Shown: piece by piece, positions 11,161 to 21,955 of the stretch
How the letters are laid out: each line of letters starts with the position of its first letter
Numbering within the stretch: position 1 is the stretch's first letter
NCBI GenBank assembly: GCA_963823335.1
Contig: CAWGLD010000005.1
Coordinates: forward strand, 192,001-256,000
DNA: 64,000 bases
Direction: 5' to 3'
DNA from: an uncultured delta proteobacterium
GTDB taxonomy: Bacteria > Desulfobacterota > Desulfobacteria > Desulfobacterales > B30-G6
Notes under the pieces: model-generated
Told to the model about the DNA's origin: nothing
What the model saw: the letters and a program-made list of their open reading frames with translations, nothing else
The model's database searches: none
Position numbers and translations under genes: made by a program

Positions 11161-12693
11161 ATGAACGCTCAACCACTCATTAGAACCACCGGTATAACCA
11201 AATCTTTTCCCGGTGTCCTGGCGAATGATCATATCGACTTTGATCTCTTTCCCGGAGAGGTCCACACACTTCTGGGAGAAAACGGCGCCGGAAAAACAAC
11301 TTTGATGAACATCCTTTACGGGCTGTATCAACCCGACCAGGGGCGTATCGAGGTAGGCGGGCAGGAAACCCATATTCGTTCTCCCTACGATTCACTGAAG
11401 CTTGGTATCGGCATGGTGCACCAGCACTTTGCGCTGATTCCGAACATGAGTGTTCTTGAAAATCTCGTATTGGGGTTCGAAGGCGGGTTTGTATTAAACA
11501 TGAAGGCTGCTGAAATAAAGCTGGTACGGATTTCAGAAGAGTATGGGCAGGCCATCGATCCACATGAATTGATCCAGAACCTCTCCGTGGGAGAACGTCA
11601 GAGAACCGAAATCATAAAGACACTTTTTCGCGGTTCCGAGGCCTTGATTCTGGACGAACCCACCTCGGTTCTGACGCCCATCGAAGCGGAGGAGCTTTTT
11701 CAGACCATTATTGCACTGAAAAAGGCCGGCAAGGGAGTGGTCCTGATTACCCACAAGCTGAACGAAGCACTGGCCATATCAGATCGCATCAGCATTTTAA
11801 GTCTGGGCCGCAAGATTGCGGAGCTGGATGGTGATGAGCTTCGTGCCATGGGCGAAAAAGAAGCTACCAAAAAAATTCTGAATATTATGTTCGGGGGTAA
11901 ACCCATACCCGAATGTTCCCTGGTGGAGAAAACAATTTCGGACCAGGTTGTCTTACAACTCGAGGATGTTGAGGTGATGAACAGCCGAGATGTAATCGGT
12001 CTGAAGAAGGTCTCTTTTGAAATTCATGGGGGAGAGATATTTGGGATCGCAGGTGTCGACGGTAACGGGCAGAAGTCGCTATGTGAGGCAATTGGCGGTC
12101 AACGTGAGCTCGTATCCGGGCGAATACGATTCAAAGGAGAGGATATTTCACGCCAGAGCATCTCCAGGCGACACGAGATGGGTATATCCTATATTACGGA
12201 CGACCGTATGAATGAGGGATGTGTCCTCGACTTGAGCCTGTCTGAAAATGCTATTTTAAGGGGGTACCGCCGGCAACCCTACTCCCGGTTTAACATTATC
12301 AATAACAGGGTTGTTGACGGGTTTGCCAACACGTTGATCATGGATTTTGACGTCAAGGCAACCGGTCCGGATGTCAGGGCCGGAACACTCAGCGGCGGCA
12401 ATATCCAGAAATTCATCCTGGCCCGCGGGCTCTCCACCAAGCCGGGATTGATTGTCTGCAGCAAACCCACCTACGGACTGGATGCCAGGACCGTTAGCTA
12501 CATTCAAGAGCTGCTTCTGGAAGAAAGCAAGCAGGGTACCGCCGTTCTGCTCATCACTTCAGATATGGATGAACTGATCAACTGCTCAGACCGGATAGGG
12601 GTCCTGTTCAATGGTAAGATCATGGCTATTTTGGAGACGTGCGACGCCACACCGGAAAAAATCGGCAAGCTTATGCTTGGTATTGAAGAATAG
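11161..12693 (+). CDS. ABC transporter ATP-binding protein, CUT2/nucleoside (NupA/YufO-like), two ATPase domains
   Basis: GENGAGKT, GMVHQHF, LSVGERQR, ILDEPT, LSGGNIQK. Confidence 0.92.
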   Translation: MNAQPLIRTTGITKSFPGVLANDHIDFDLFPGEVHTLLGENGAGKTTLMNILYGLYQPDQGRIEVGGQETHIRSPYDSLKLGIGMVHQHFALIPNMSVLENLVLGFEGGFVLNMKAAEIKLVRISEEYGQAIDPHELIQNLSVGERQRTEIIKTLFRGSEALILDEPTSVLTPIEAEELFQTIIALKKAGKGVVLITHKLNEALAISDRISILSLGRKIAELDGDELRAMGEKEATKKILNIMFGGKPIPECSLVEKTISDQVVLQLEDVEVMNSRDVIGLKKVSFEIHGGEIFGIAGVDGNGQKSLCEAIGGQRELVSGRIRFKGEDISRQSISRRHEMGISYITDDRMNEGCVLDLSLSENAILRGYRRQPYSRFNIINNRVVDGFANTLIMDFDVKATGPDVRAGTLSGGNIQKFILARGLSTKPGLIVCSKPTYGLDARTVSYIQELLLEESKQGTAVLLITSDMDELINCSDRIGVLFNGKIMAILETCDATPEKIGKLMLGIEE

Positions 12694-12702
12694 AGGAACA
12701 AC

Positions 12703-13734
12703 GTGAAAAAAATTGAGTTCAACGACATCGCTCCCGCATTTTATTCTGTGCTTTCCATCGTATTTGCCCTGATCACCGGGGCCGTCATCCTGATCTTTAT
12801 CGGTAAGAATCCATTGCTGTACTTTGGGCAGCTTTTCTTTCAGGGGATGTTCAGTTCCCTGGGTCTTGTGGAATCCATTATCAAAATGGCACCGCTCCTG
12901 ATCATCTCGGCCGGTCTTTTAGCCTGTTTTTCAGCCGGGTTATGGAATATCGGTGTGGAAGGCCAGTTCTTGATCGGAGCGGTTCTGGCCGGGTGGAGCG
13001 CACCCACGTTGGCCAGCCTGCTGCCGTATCCTATCTACTTGCTTTCCGTAGCTTTGCTGGGGGCGCTGGGGGGTATGTTCTGGATCCTTCTTCCTGCCGT
13101 TCTCAAAGCACGCTACGACATGAACGAGATTATCACCACGATGATGATGAACTGGGTGGCCATCAGCCTGGTCACATGGCTGGTCAAGGGGCCCATCAAT
13201 GATCCCACGACCGTTCCGGCCCAGACAGCGCTGATCCCAATGGAGTACCGTCTTTCCATGATTCCGTTTACATCAATCCATATCGGTCTGATTGTAGGGA
13301 TTATCTGCCTTTTTATCATGCACTACGTAATCCGTAGAACGACCCTCGGGTATGAGTTTCGGGTGCTTTTATCCAACAAATGTGCGGCATTTCACTCCGG
13401 CATGAGTGTCGCCCGAATTACCATCTGGGGGCTTTTAATCAGCGGTGGCTTTGCCGGTCTGGCCGGGGTTAGTGATGTCATTGCCATCAAGGGGCTATTC
13501 CAAGGAGACTGGAATCCGGCATATGGAATGACGGCCATTCCTCTTGTATTTCTGGCAAGATTTAATGGGTGGGCGGTTGTTCCTCTGGCATTTTTCTTCT
13601 CATTTTTAATTGTAGGGGGAGAGTTCGTAGCCCGGGATCAGGGGGTGCCGATCTTTTTTGTTCACATTCTGGAAGGATTGACCCTCCTGTTTTTCGCAGC
13701 CTCTGAATATATAGAAAAAAGGAGGGCAATCTAA
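12703..13734 (+). CDS. Nucleoside-type ABC transporter permease
   Basis: WNIGVEGQF, NEIITTMMMN, SGGFAGLAG; hydrophobic. Confidence 0.9.
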   Translation: MKKIEFNDIAPAFYSVLSIVFALITGAVILIFIGKNPLLYFGQLFFQGMFSSLGLVESIIKMAPLLIISAGLLACFSAGLWNIGVEGQFLIGAVLAGWSAPTLASLLPYPIYLLSVALLGALGGMFWILLPAVLKARYDMNEIITTMMMNWVAISLVTWLVKGPINDPTTVPAQTALIPMEYRLSMIPFTSIHIGLIVGIICLFIMHYVIRRTTLGYEFRVLLSNKCAAFHSGMSVARITIWGLLISGGFAGLAGVSDVIAIKGLFQGDWNPAYGMTAIPLVFLARFNGWAVVPLAFFFSFLIVGGEFVARDQGVPIFFVHILEGLTLLFFAASEYIEKRRAI

Positions 13735-14672
13735 TGAGTTCCCTAATGGATATGGCTTTGATCGGTGCGGTTATGGCATCTACCCTCAGGGGAACTACAC
13801 CCATTCTTCTGGGGGCCCTGGGCGAGACCTTTGTGGAGCGCTCAGGTCTGATGAACCTGGGTCTCGAAGGGATGATGGTGGCGGGCGCCTTCGCATCCTT
13901 TTTGGTTGGATTCAAACTGGACAGTCTATTGCTCGGTTTTGCTGCGGCCGCCGCTGTCGGGTTGGTTCTGGGTCTTCTTTTTGGATTTATGGCCATCACC
14001 CTCAGGGTGAACCAGATCGTGGTCGGACTCGGTATAACCATTTTTGCACATTCCAGTTGCAGTTTTCTGCACCGTGTTATTTTCGGGAATCAATTCCCTA
14101 TTATGTTCACTGCGGGTCAGACAAATGAAATACCATTTCTGTCCAAAATACCCTTGATTGGTCAACCTTTATTCAACCAGCACTGGTTGCTGTACCTGAC
14201 CTTTTTGAGCGTACCTGTGCTCTATTTTATCATGTACAAAACCAGTCTGGGTCTGAGAATCCAAGCCGTGGGGGAAACACCTTGGGCAGCGGATTCGTCC
14301 GGTGTAAACGTTCTTAAAACCCGCTATATAACGATCCTGTTCGGAGGCGCTATGGGAGGACTGGCCGGTGCATTCATGTCTCTCGGGGACCTGGCTTTTT
14401 TTGTACCCAACATGATCATGGGTCGGGGATACATCGCCATCGTCGTGGTCATGCTTGGGAAATGGGATCCGTTTAAAGTGTTTCTTGGAACGCTTTTGTT
14501 TGGATTTTCCATGTCCCTGACCAGTGCGCTGCAGGTGGCCGGGGTAAATATCAGCCCCGATTTTATCCTCATGACGCCCTATCTTGTCGTCATCGCTACC
14601 CTGCTGATCTTCGCGCGATCGACAAACCTGCCGGCAGCACTGTGTATCCCGTATGAGCGGGGTCAAAAATAG
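13734..14672 (+). CDS. Nucleoside-type ABC transporter permease
   Basis: ERSGLMNLGLEGMM, GRGYIA, PAALCIPY. Confidence 0.9.
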   Translation: MSSLMDMALIGAVMASTLRGTTPILLGALGETFVERSGLMNLGLEGMMVAGAFASFLVGFKLDSLLLGFAAAAAVGLVLGLLFGFMAITLRVNQIVVGLGITIFAHSSCSFLHRVIFGNQFPIMFTAGQTNEIPFLSKIPLIGQPLFNQHWLLYLTFLSVPVLYFIMYKTSLGLRIQAVGETPWAADSSGVNVLKTRYITILFGGAMGGLAGAFMSLGDLAFFVPNMIMGRGYIAIVVVMLGKWDPFKVFLGTLLFGFSMSLTSALQVAGVNISPDFILMTPYLVVIATLLIFARSTNLPAALCIPYERGQK

Positions 14673-14804
14673 ACTGCATCGTAATCATATCGTTAATCAA
14701 GCATTGAAAGGGGGTGATGGCAAGCCAACACGAAACTTGAATGAAACAATCTTAACTGAAAATGCTTCAACAATTTCTCAATCCACAAAATAAGGAGCGA
14801 CAAC

Positions 14805-15842
14805 ATGAGAAGAATTCTAGCGACAGCGACAACCCTGGCGATTATGATCTGCCTTTCAACCAGTCTTGTCCTGGCAGCCGATCTGCCGAAACTGGTGGGG
14901 CTGACCATTCCAGAAGCGGGCACGGATAAAGGGTGGAACGAACAAGGTAAGGTGGGGCTTGAAATGATTGCCGCAAAATACGGTTTTAAAATGGAGCTGG
15001 GCGAGGCCCTAGGTTATGGTGATATCAAACCAACCCTTCGTGACATGGTCAAAAAAGGGAGTGATTTGATTATCTGTCACGCTTCCGGGTATCAAACAGT
15101 TGCTCCTGAAATCGCACGAGAAACCGGCGTACGGGTTGTCACCACTGAAAATCACAAAGACGTTACCCCGGGACTGATTAGCGACATCGACACCCAACCC
15201 CAGGGCGGCTGCTATATGGCTGGTTATCTGGCCGGCAAGATGACGCGTTCGAACATTGTCGGTATCGTTACTTCCGGGGAGCCACCCACATGGAACCGGA
15301 TGTCGGCAGGGTTTGCACAGGGACTCAAGGCGTCCAACCCCGGTGCCAAACTTCTGTACAGCATCATCGGAGAGGCGGCTTACGCAGATGCGGCCGGTGC
15401 CAAACGGAACACAGAGGATCAGATCGCCGTGGGTGCGGATGTTATTTTCGGAATGGGTGACGGTGCTTCCTTTGGCATGCTCCAGGCCTGCTCTAGCAAG
15501 AAAGCCAAAGACGGCGGCAAGGTCTGGTTTATCGATGTCATCGGCGACAAGCGTTCCATTGACAGGGCCGACGTTCTGTTGAGTTCGGTGCTGTGGGACA
15601 TGTCGGTGGTCTACGACGAGATCATCCAGAGCTGGAAGGACGGTTCATTTGGCAAGCAGCATTGGGTTGCCATGGATAACGGGGCCATCCGTCTCTTGGA
15701 ACCGAACAAGGCTGTTTCGAGCGAATTACGTAAAGAGATCGAGGGCCTGGAAGCAAAACTGAAATCCAAGGCCATCGCTGTGGTGGACATGCCGGTAGCC
15801 GCAGATCTTCATAAGTACCTGGACGAGCAATTCCCGAAATAA
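14805..15842 (+). CDS. BMP-family ABC substrate-binding protein (purine/pyrimidine nucleoside type)
   Basis: Signal peptide; DKGWNE, YMAGYLAGKMT, GADVIF motifs. Confidence 0.85.
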   Translation: MRRILATATTLAIMICLSTSLVLAADLPKLVGLTIPEAGTDKGWNEQGKVGLEMIAAKYGFKMELGEALGYGDIKPTLRDMVKKGSDLIICHASGYQTVAPEIARETGVRVVTTENHKDVTPGLISDIDTQPQGGCYMAGYLAGKMTRSNIVGIVTSGEPPTWNRMSAGFAQGLKASNPGAKLLYSIIGEAAYADAAGAKRNTEDQIAVGADVIFGMGDGASFGMLQACSSKKAKDGGKVWFIDVIGDKRSIDRADVLLSSVLWDMSVVYDEIIQSWKDGSFGKQHWVAMDNGAIRLLEPNKAVSSELRKEIEGLEAKLKSKAIAVVDMPVAADLHKYLDEQFPK

Positions 15843-15858
15843 ACCTTCAACTGCAAAT

Positions 15859-15887
15859 TCCGGGGGACGATTTATTTGTCCCCCGGA
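15859..15887. terminator. Hairpin between convergent genes (likely terminator)
   Basis: TCCGGGGGAC-N9-GTCCCCCGGA perfect 10-bp stem. Confidence 0.6.
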
Positions 15888-15927
15888 GTAAACCCATGGT
15901 GCCGGTGTTTGTTCGGTTTCGGACCCT

Positions 15928-17274
15928 TTACCTGGGCTCGCCGTACATCTCCACTTTGGACCAGCTATCAAGCATTGCCATGTATGCCTCCCGGGTGAAA
16001 GCCGTTTGGTGGTTCCTTAGAATACTTCGTGCTGCTTCGGCATCACCCCACAACAAGTCAACTGCGGTCATCGCCATCAGTTTGGCCACTTTTGTGTAGA
16101 CAGCCGATCGGTCAACGAGCTGCCAGCTTTTACCATGTGGGGATCCGACGGCGCCGGCCAGATACGGATGGAGTGCCGGCATAATTTGTGAAAGATCGCC
16201 CATGTCCGTGGACCCGCTGCGATGCGGAACTAGGCCGAATGCATCGTCGCCCAACAACGCGCGACTGTTGGTACCGAACACATCCGTCATTTCCGGGTTG
16301 TTCGTCATGGGCAGATAGCCAGGAATCGTTTTGATTTCGACACCGGCACCCAGGGCCATGGCGCCTGCGCGGAGGGATCGGTCCACCTTTTCGGATGCAT
16401 CCCGTATGGCTTCCTCCGTCCGTGCCCGTACAAACATCTCCAGCCAGACTTCCGAAGGCACCGTGTTGACGGAATCACCACCCCGGGTGATGATGGGGTG
16501 AACCCGTACGGAATCCGAATCTTGAAACGTCTCTCTCTGAGCATGAATGGCCGCTATCGCAAGGTGGGCAGCGTTTAAGGCATTGATGCCTTGGTGAGGC
16601 GCTAGGCCGGCATGGGCCGATCTTCCTAGAAAACGGACTTTCTTTACCACAAAACCGTTGGATGACTCGGCTACGGCCACGGTGGGAAAGTCGGCACTGC
16701 TGTGAATGTGTATCATCAGCGAAAGATTCACGTTATCAAAAAAGCCCAGCTTGATGAGTTCCTGCTTTCCGCCCAAATAGGAGATCAGCCCTTCCTTCTG
16801 CAAACCCTCCCGGAACTCGATATCAACGTATTCTTCGGCCGGTACACAAAAGAAAATGATTGTTCCGGCAATATATGGCGCTACCCCCGCTGCCGTCAGA
16901 CCGAGAACGGCCCCTAAGAGCCCGGCAACCTGTGCGTCGTGACCACAGTTGTGCGACACCCCGGTCTCCGGATCAGCCCAGGGATGGTCCGGTGCAGGCA
17001 GGGCGTCCATTTCACCAATGAGGGCTATGGCAGGGCCGTGGCGTTTCCCCGCGAGTCGACCCTTGACGCCGGTTATGGCCAGTCCGGACTCAACAGAAAG
17101 ACCTGCTTTTTCCATGATGCGGACTGAGAGGTCGGCGGTTTGAAATTCCTTATAGCCGAGTTCGGGTTTTTTGCGTATTGCGTCGCCTATCGCTGTGATA
17201 TCTTTTGTCTGCCCATCGATAATGTCGCAGATCTTTGTTTTGAGTGCTTTCTTGCTGTTTACGGTCATTCCCAA
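15928..17274 (-). CDS. M20 family amidohydrolase
   Basis: PELGYKE, GEMDAL, HNCGH, PAEE, GRSAHAG, GSTDMG motifs. Confidence 0.88.
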   Translation of the reverse strand: MGMTVNSKKALKTKICDIIDGQTKDITAIGDAIRKKPELGYKEFQTADLSVRIMEKAGLSVESGLAITGVKGRLAGKRHGPAIALIGEMDALPAPDHPWADPETGVSHNCGHDAQVAGLLGAVLGLTAAGVAPYIAGTIIFFCVPAEEYVDIEFREGLQKEGLISYLGGKQELIKLGFFDNVNLSLMIHIHSSADFPTVAVAESSNGFVVKKVRFLGRSAHAGLAPHQGINALNAAHLAIAAIHAQRETFQDSDSVRVHPIITRGGDSVNTVPSEVWLEMFVRARTEEAIRDASEKVDRSLRAGAMALGAGVEIKTIPGYLPMTNNPEMTDVFGTNSRALLGDDAFGLVPHRSGSTDMGDLSQIMPALHPYLAGAVGSPHGKSWQLVDRSAVYTKVAKLMAMTAVDLLWGDAEAARSILRNHQTAFTREAYMAMLDSWSKVEMYGEPR

Positions 17275-17327
17275 TTACCCCCTGTCACATTTTTACAGCA
17301 GCTCTGTTTCGGCACCGGTTGACTGGA

Positions 17328-18128
17328 TCAAAGTGTCATTTCAATTTGAATAGCGCAGAATTCGAGCGTAAACATAGGCATGATACGGTTTGTTATTTTG
17401 GATGAAAAAAAGTGATCGAGATTGGCATAAATGGTTTCGACACCACCCATACGGCTTGTCAATTCGCCATTGGGATGAAGCACCATATTTTTTATTTCAT
17501 CCAGCTGAAGTTTGCCGTCCGCCAGGGTCGTGCCCGTCAAGTGGATGATATTCCCTGAAGAATCGGCCTCTTTAAAGCGAAAAGATCCGACAAGCTTCCC
17601 CATGTGAAACAAAACCTGCATTTCAAGGGAGCGGCCGCTTCCGTTTCCGTAGCCCCGATTGACCAAGACGGTCAAAGGTCCGTGCAGGCGATTATTCTTG
17701 AAAGAAATCCGGGCGACAACCCCCACTTTTTCTCCCGTGCGGATCCACTCACCCGCTCGTTTGCCTTGGTCAAAGTGGATTTTGAGACGCGATTTGCCAT
17801 TTTCATACCAGGCCAGACATGCGCCGTCCAGACGATCATCGATAAAACTGCTGATCAATTTCCGGTTTCCGTTTTCGTACCACAACAGGTGCCGGCCGTT
17901 TCTTTTCCCGTGGGCGAATACGGTTTCTTCGGCCAGGGCACCGTTTGGGAACCACCGACGATACACATCATCGGCACCCGCGCTAAGGTCAAGCGGATCA
18001 ACGACTTTCTGTTCTGCGTTCTGCCCGGTTTCGTGGGTACGGTCAGGGTTCACAACAGCCGCACAAGAGACGGCGAGAAAACCCAGACATAGAATAAACA
18101 GCCGCCGCCATCGTTTTTTATGGATCAT
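17328..18128 (-). CDS. MORN-variant repeat (YwqK-like) putative lipoprotein
   Basis: Repeats WFPNG/WYENG..G; lipobox-like FLAVSC after basic N-terminus. Confidence 0.6.
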   Translation of the reverse strand: MIHKKRWRRLFILCLGFLAVSCAAVVNPDRTHETGQNAEQKVVDPLDLSAGADDVYRRWFPNGALAEETVFAHGKRNGRHLLWYENGNRKLISSFIDDRLDGACLAWYENGKSRLKIHFDQGKRAGEWIRTGEKVGVVARISFKNNRLHGPLTVLVNRGYGNGSGRSLEMQVLFHMGKLVGSFRFKEADSSGNIIHLTGTTLADGKLQLDEIKNMVLHPNGELTSRMGGVETIYANLDHFFSSKITNRIMPMFTLEFCAIQIEMTL

Positions 18129-18343
18129 GATCACCTCGATATCTGCACAAATAGAAGTCGATTCTGGGCTTGTTTTCTCCTGCCGGTTTTGATAGTTTTG
18201 TGATGCATGAGAAAAGTTCGACAGGGTATTTTTAAGGTTAATATCCTTTGGATATATAGAGATTTTCCCGTGCTTAAGCAACTGATTATTTATGCTTATT
18301 GTGCATGCTGTTTTGTTATCCTCTCTATATTGGAGTCAACGAA

Positions 18344-19144
18344 ATGATCATCAGCATCAAGGGCGCCGGAGAGATCGCCAGCGCAATCGCCTGGCGGCTA
18401 TATATGGCGAACATTCGAAAAATATTTATGATGGAATGTTCCAGGCCGCTGGCGGTGAGACGCAATGTCTCCTTCTGTGAAGCTGTTTACGATGGAACCA
18501 GCGAAGTGGAGAACGTCAGGGCCGTTCTCTGCCATGATGTCAGTGAGATCGAAAGGTGCTGGCAAAACGAAACTATCGCCGTTACCGTGGACCCCACAGG
18601 GCAACTGCTGACACAACTACCTGTCAATGTTGTGGTGGACGCTGTACTGGCCAAGCAGAATCTTGGGACGACGATGGGTGACGCGCAGCTCGTTATCGGT
18701 TTGGGACCGGGGTTCATTGCCGGGCGTGATGTGCATGTGGTTGTTGAAACCAACAGGGGGCATGATTTGGGAAGAATTCTGCTCTCGGGTTCTGCAGAGC
18801 CCAATACCGGTATCCCGGGAAGCATCGATGGTTATACCGAGCAGAGGGTTTTAAGGGCACCGGCAGCGGGCCGATTCATATCGAACAAAAAAATTGGTGA
18901 CTGTGTGGAGAAAGACGATATTCTCGGCAGGGTTGACAACATGGCGGTTTCGGCTCAAATCAATGGAATTCTGCGCGGTCTTATCAGACCGGACAGTGAG
19001 GTTAGGAAAGGATTGAAAATAGGTGATATCGATCCAAGGAGGCAAAAGGATTACTGCCATACGATTTCCGATAAAGCGCGCGCGATCAGCGGTTCCGTAC
19101 TGGAAGCTGTCTTGAGAGTATTCCCACCAGGCCAAAACTTATGA
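18344..19144 (+). CDS. yqeB: Selenium-dependent molybdenum cofactor biosynthesis protein YqeB
   Basis: IKGAGEIAS, AVRRNVSF, VDAVLAKQN, IGLGPGF, ETNRGH, KIGDIDPR, ISDKAR. Confidence 0.9.
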   Translation: MIISIKGAGEIASAIAWRLYMANIRKIFMMECSRPLAVRRNVSFCEAVYDGTSEVENVRAVLCHDVSEIERCWQNETIAVTVDPTGQLLTQLPVNVVVDAVLAKQNLGTTMGDAQLVIGLGPGFIAGRDVHVVVETNRGHDLGRILLSGSAEPNTGIPGSIDGYTEQRVLRAPAAGRFISNKKIGDCVEKDDILGRVDNMAVSAQINGILRGLIRPDSEVRKGLKIGDIDPRRQKDYCHTISDKARAISGSVLEAVLRVFPPGQNL

Positions 19145-19158
19145 AATCAGCATGATTT

Positions 19159-19962
19159 TTACGATAAGGGCTGATGAAAAGCATGCCATTCGAGTACCGG
19201 TGGTTCATGTGCGATACTGCCAAGTATCACACGTGAAATATCCGGGGGGTTTGTCTCGGCAAGAGATTGAATGATGGATTGCCCGGCATGTTTGTTTTGG
19301 GGGCTGTCTGCCTGGTTGAGAAACGCAATTTTCCTGGCCCCTGTGGGTGTTCCTTGAAAAACTCCTTGCCGGTGGCGTAACAGGTCGCATATGGTTTTAG
19401 CCACAATGTTCTTGCCTTCTGGCAAACCGGTAATTTTCGAAACAAGCTCGGGTCTGAATACGGTGTGTTTATCAAGAGGTCGTCCCAGGGCGCTGAGACC
19501 GATGATACCGATGACCCAGTCGCTACATTCCGGAACGACGGGCTCGTGTGCTGCAGGCGCCTTCAGGGGCAGCCTGGCCGCTCCATCCGCCTCGACAATT
19601 ATCCAGCGAAAAAGGTTTGATCTCAGGAACAGTTCAATCGTTTCAGGTAACAATCCGGTGAGTTTTCCAGTTTCTGGCATATAATGAGCGGCGGCGGTAA
19701 TATGGGGGGTGTGCTTTAGCATCTGCCTGGCCCTGTTTAATATTTTGTCTGGGGAAGGAGAAACAAGCAGGTGGGCTGACTGGTCTGTCGTTGGATATAA
19801 AATCTTTGTGGTGGTGGTTGTCAACACGGAGGCCCCTGTTGATGAAAGCTCGCGGGCTAACCTGAACATCAAGCTCGTTTTGCCGCCCGCCCCAACAAGG
19901 CTGATCACACCCTTGTTTTTCAGCCCAAGCCCTTGGTATAAAGAGGTCATTAATTTATCCAT
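19159..19962 (-). CDS. yqeC: Selenium cofactor biosynthesis protein YqeC
   Basis: VGAGGKTS, TTTTKI, VEADGAARLPLKAPAAHEP. Confidence 0.9.
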   Translation of the reverse strand: MDKLMTSLYQGLGLKNKGVISLVGAGGKTSLMFRLARELSSTGASVLTTTTTKILYPTTDQSAHLLVSPSPDKILNRARQMLKHTPHITAAAHYMPETGKLTGLLPETIELFLRSNLFRWIIVEADGAARLPLKAPAAHEPVVPECSDWVIGIIGLSALGRPLDKHTVFRPELVSKITGLPEGKNIVAKTICDLLRHRQGVFQGTPTGARKIAFLNQADSPQNKHAGQSIIQSLAETNPPDISRVILGSIAHEPPVLEWHAFHQPLS

Positions 19963-20020
19963 TTAAGAGGTCAGCTATTTTTATAACAGAAAACAGATCA
20001 GACCGTCAAAAAGAGTTCCC

Positions 20021-20647
20021 ATGGTGAAGAAAAAACCGACAGCAGGAATTGTTTTGGCGGCCGGCATGTCTTCAAGATTCGGGAGACCCAAGCAATTGCT
20101 GGAGCTTGGAGGAAAGCCTGTTATCGAATGGACCTTGAAAGCCTGTCTGGATTCACAACTTGAAAGTATTTATTTAATTCTTGGTTATAAACACCGGCAA
20201 ATATTGAAAAAAATATCAAAGGAAATTAGATGTTCCCTCCGAAATGTCATTGTAAATAATAACTATAAAAGCGGTCAAAGCACGTCACTTCAGGCCGGTA
20301 TACGGGCCATTGGAGATGCCTATCCATCTGCCATGTTTATTTTAGGTGATCAGCCTTTCATTGATTCGCCGACAATAAATCATCTGTTGGAACGTTTCTG
20401 GGTTTCAGGAAAAAATATCTGTGTCCCCTTTTATCAGAAGAAAAGAGGCAATCCGGTAATTTTCAGCACCCTGTTTTATGATAAAATAAACAGCATAAAA
20501 GGGGATATCGGCGCCAGGGGAATCATAGAAGATCATCCGGGCCATATCCTTAGCGTTCCAGTGAAACGGCTATCCTTTTTTCACGACATTGACACTCAGA
20601 GAGATTTCGAAAAGGCCCAGGCATTCATCGCGTCTCAGGACCGTTGA
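20021..20647 (+). CDS. mocA: Molybdenum cofactor cytidylyltransferase (MocA-like)
   Basis: LAAGMSSRFGRPKQLL, LGDQP, GNPVIF, GDIGAR, DIDT. Confidence 0.8.
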   Translation: MVKKKPTAGIVLAAGMSSRFGRPKQLLELGGKPVIEWTLKACLDSQLESIYLILGYKHRQILKKISKEIRCSLRNVIVNNNYKSGQSTSLQAGIRAIGDAYPSAMFILGDQPFIDSPTINHLLERFWVSGKNICVPFYQKKRGNPVIFSTLFYDKINSIKGDIGARGIIEDHPGHILSVPVKRLSFFHDIDTQRDFEKAQAFIASQDR

Positions 20648-20652
20648 GTCGA

Positions 20653-21672
20653 TTATTTGCCGAAGGGGCAGATAGGGAAACGGCAGGTGTCGCAATTGGA
20701 ACAGAAACCACCGTGCCCCATGGCAACGATATCGTCTCTGGTTACGGATTCACCAGCCAGGAGTCTTGGCACCACCAGATCGAAAATCGACGTCTGGTGA
20801 TACATGACACATCCGGGGAGTCCTATGACCGGGATATTCTGAACATAGGCCAGCATGAACATTGCCCCCGGCAGAACCGGGGCACCATAGACAATGACTT
20901 CTCCGCCGGCAGCGCGAATACTGGCGGGTGTCTGGTCATCCGGATCCACCGACATACCGCCGGTGAGGGCGATCATATCGGCTCCTTTTTGGATGAAATC
21001 GTGGATGGCTTTCACCGTCATTCCAACATCATCTGACACTTTAACATTGCCCATTACACGACTGCCGAGGCTAACGAACTTTTTTTCAACCACCGGTCCA
21101 AATCCATCTTCGATACGGCCTTCAAAGACTTCACTACCTGTTACGATCAGGCCTACCCGGTATGGCACAAAGGGCTTTACCTGCAGTATGGGGAAATGAT
21201 TTCGGCAGATAGCCTCCACGCGCCGGATACGCGCTTCGTCGGTTACCAGTGGTATGATGCGTGTCCCTCCCACCGGCTGGTTGTCGCTAACCGGCTGGTT
21301 GCTGTGAAGTGTCGCAAACATGATATCTTCGATCTGGTTGATCAGGGACAGCGCCGGTGCATCGACCTTAAACAGACCTTTTTCGGCAGCTGTAAGGGTT
21401 ACTTTTCCTTCGGAGGGGTCGGACAATAAAAGCCCAAGACCTGCGGCAGCCTTGGCGATCCGTTTGGCGGCTTCATTTTCGTGCACCTGGTCTTTTGTCA
21501 ATTCAAAGACATAAATGAATCGCTTGCCGAGGTCGAGCAATTTCTCGATATCGGAATTTTGGATGACATGACCTTTGCGAAAGGAAGGTCCTTTGAATTT
21601 CCCCGGGACGATTTCCGTGACATCATGACATAGCACCATCCCGGCTGCGTTTTTTACGTGGATACTTTTCAT
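20653..21672 (-). CDS. Molybdopterin-binding (MoeA-like) protein
   Basis: LCHDVTEI, HENEAA, TGGMSVDPDDQTP, PVLPGAM, GLPGC; C-terminal CSNCDTC..CPFGK. Confidence 0.8.
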   Translation of the reverse strand: MKSIHVKNAAGMVLCHDVTEIVPGKFKGPSFRKGHVIQNSDIEKLLDLGKRFIYVFELTKDQVHENEAAKRIAKAAAGLGLLLSDPSEGKVTLTAAEKGLFKVDAPALSLINQIEDIMFATLHSNQPVSDNQPVGGTRIIPLVTDEARIRRVEAICRNHFPILQVKPFVPYRVGLIVTGSEVFEGRIEDGFGPVVEKKFVSLGSRVMGNVKVSDDVGMTVKAIHDFIQKGADMIALTGGMSVDPDDQTPASIRAAGGEVIVYGAPVLPGAMFMLAYVQNIPVIGLPGCVMYHQTSIFDLVVPRLLAGESVTRDDIVAMGHGGFCSNCDTCRFPICPFGK

Positions 21673-21955
21673 GGTTTTCCCTGATAACGTCGCGTAAGGA
21701 TATTATCTGATACGACAGTCTCGCTTATCCATCGAGCAAAAAGCTGACATTTCCAGACATACTGGAGCTCTGTTTAAAAGCACATTGACATGAGAATATC
21801 AACCCAACAAAAATGATTATCCCTTTTTTTATTCTGTATCGAAAACCTGGCCCTTTGGACCTGGGTATTTGCCAAGCAACACCAAAGGTGTCCGTTATCG
21901 TGTTGTTGGATAATTCCCCTGTTGACACGCCACACGGCCATGGTATCTTCCCTGC

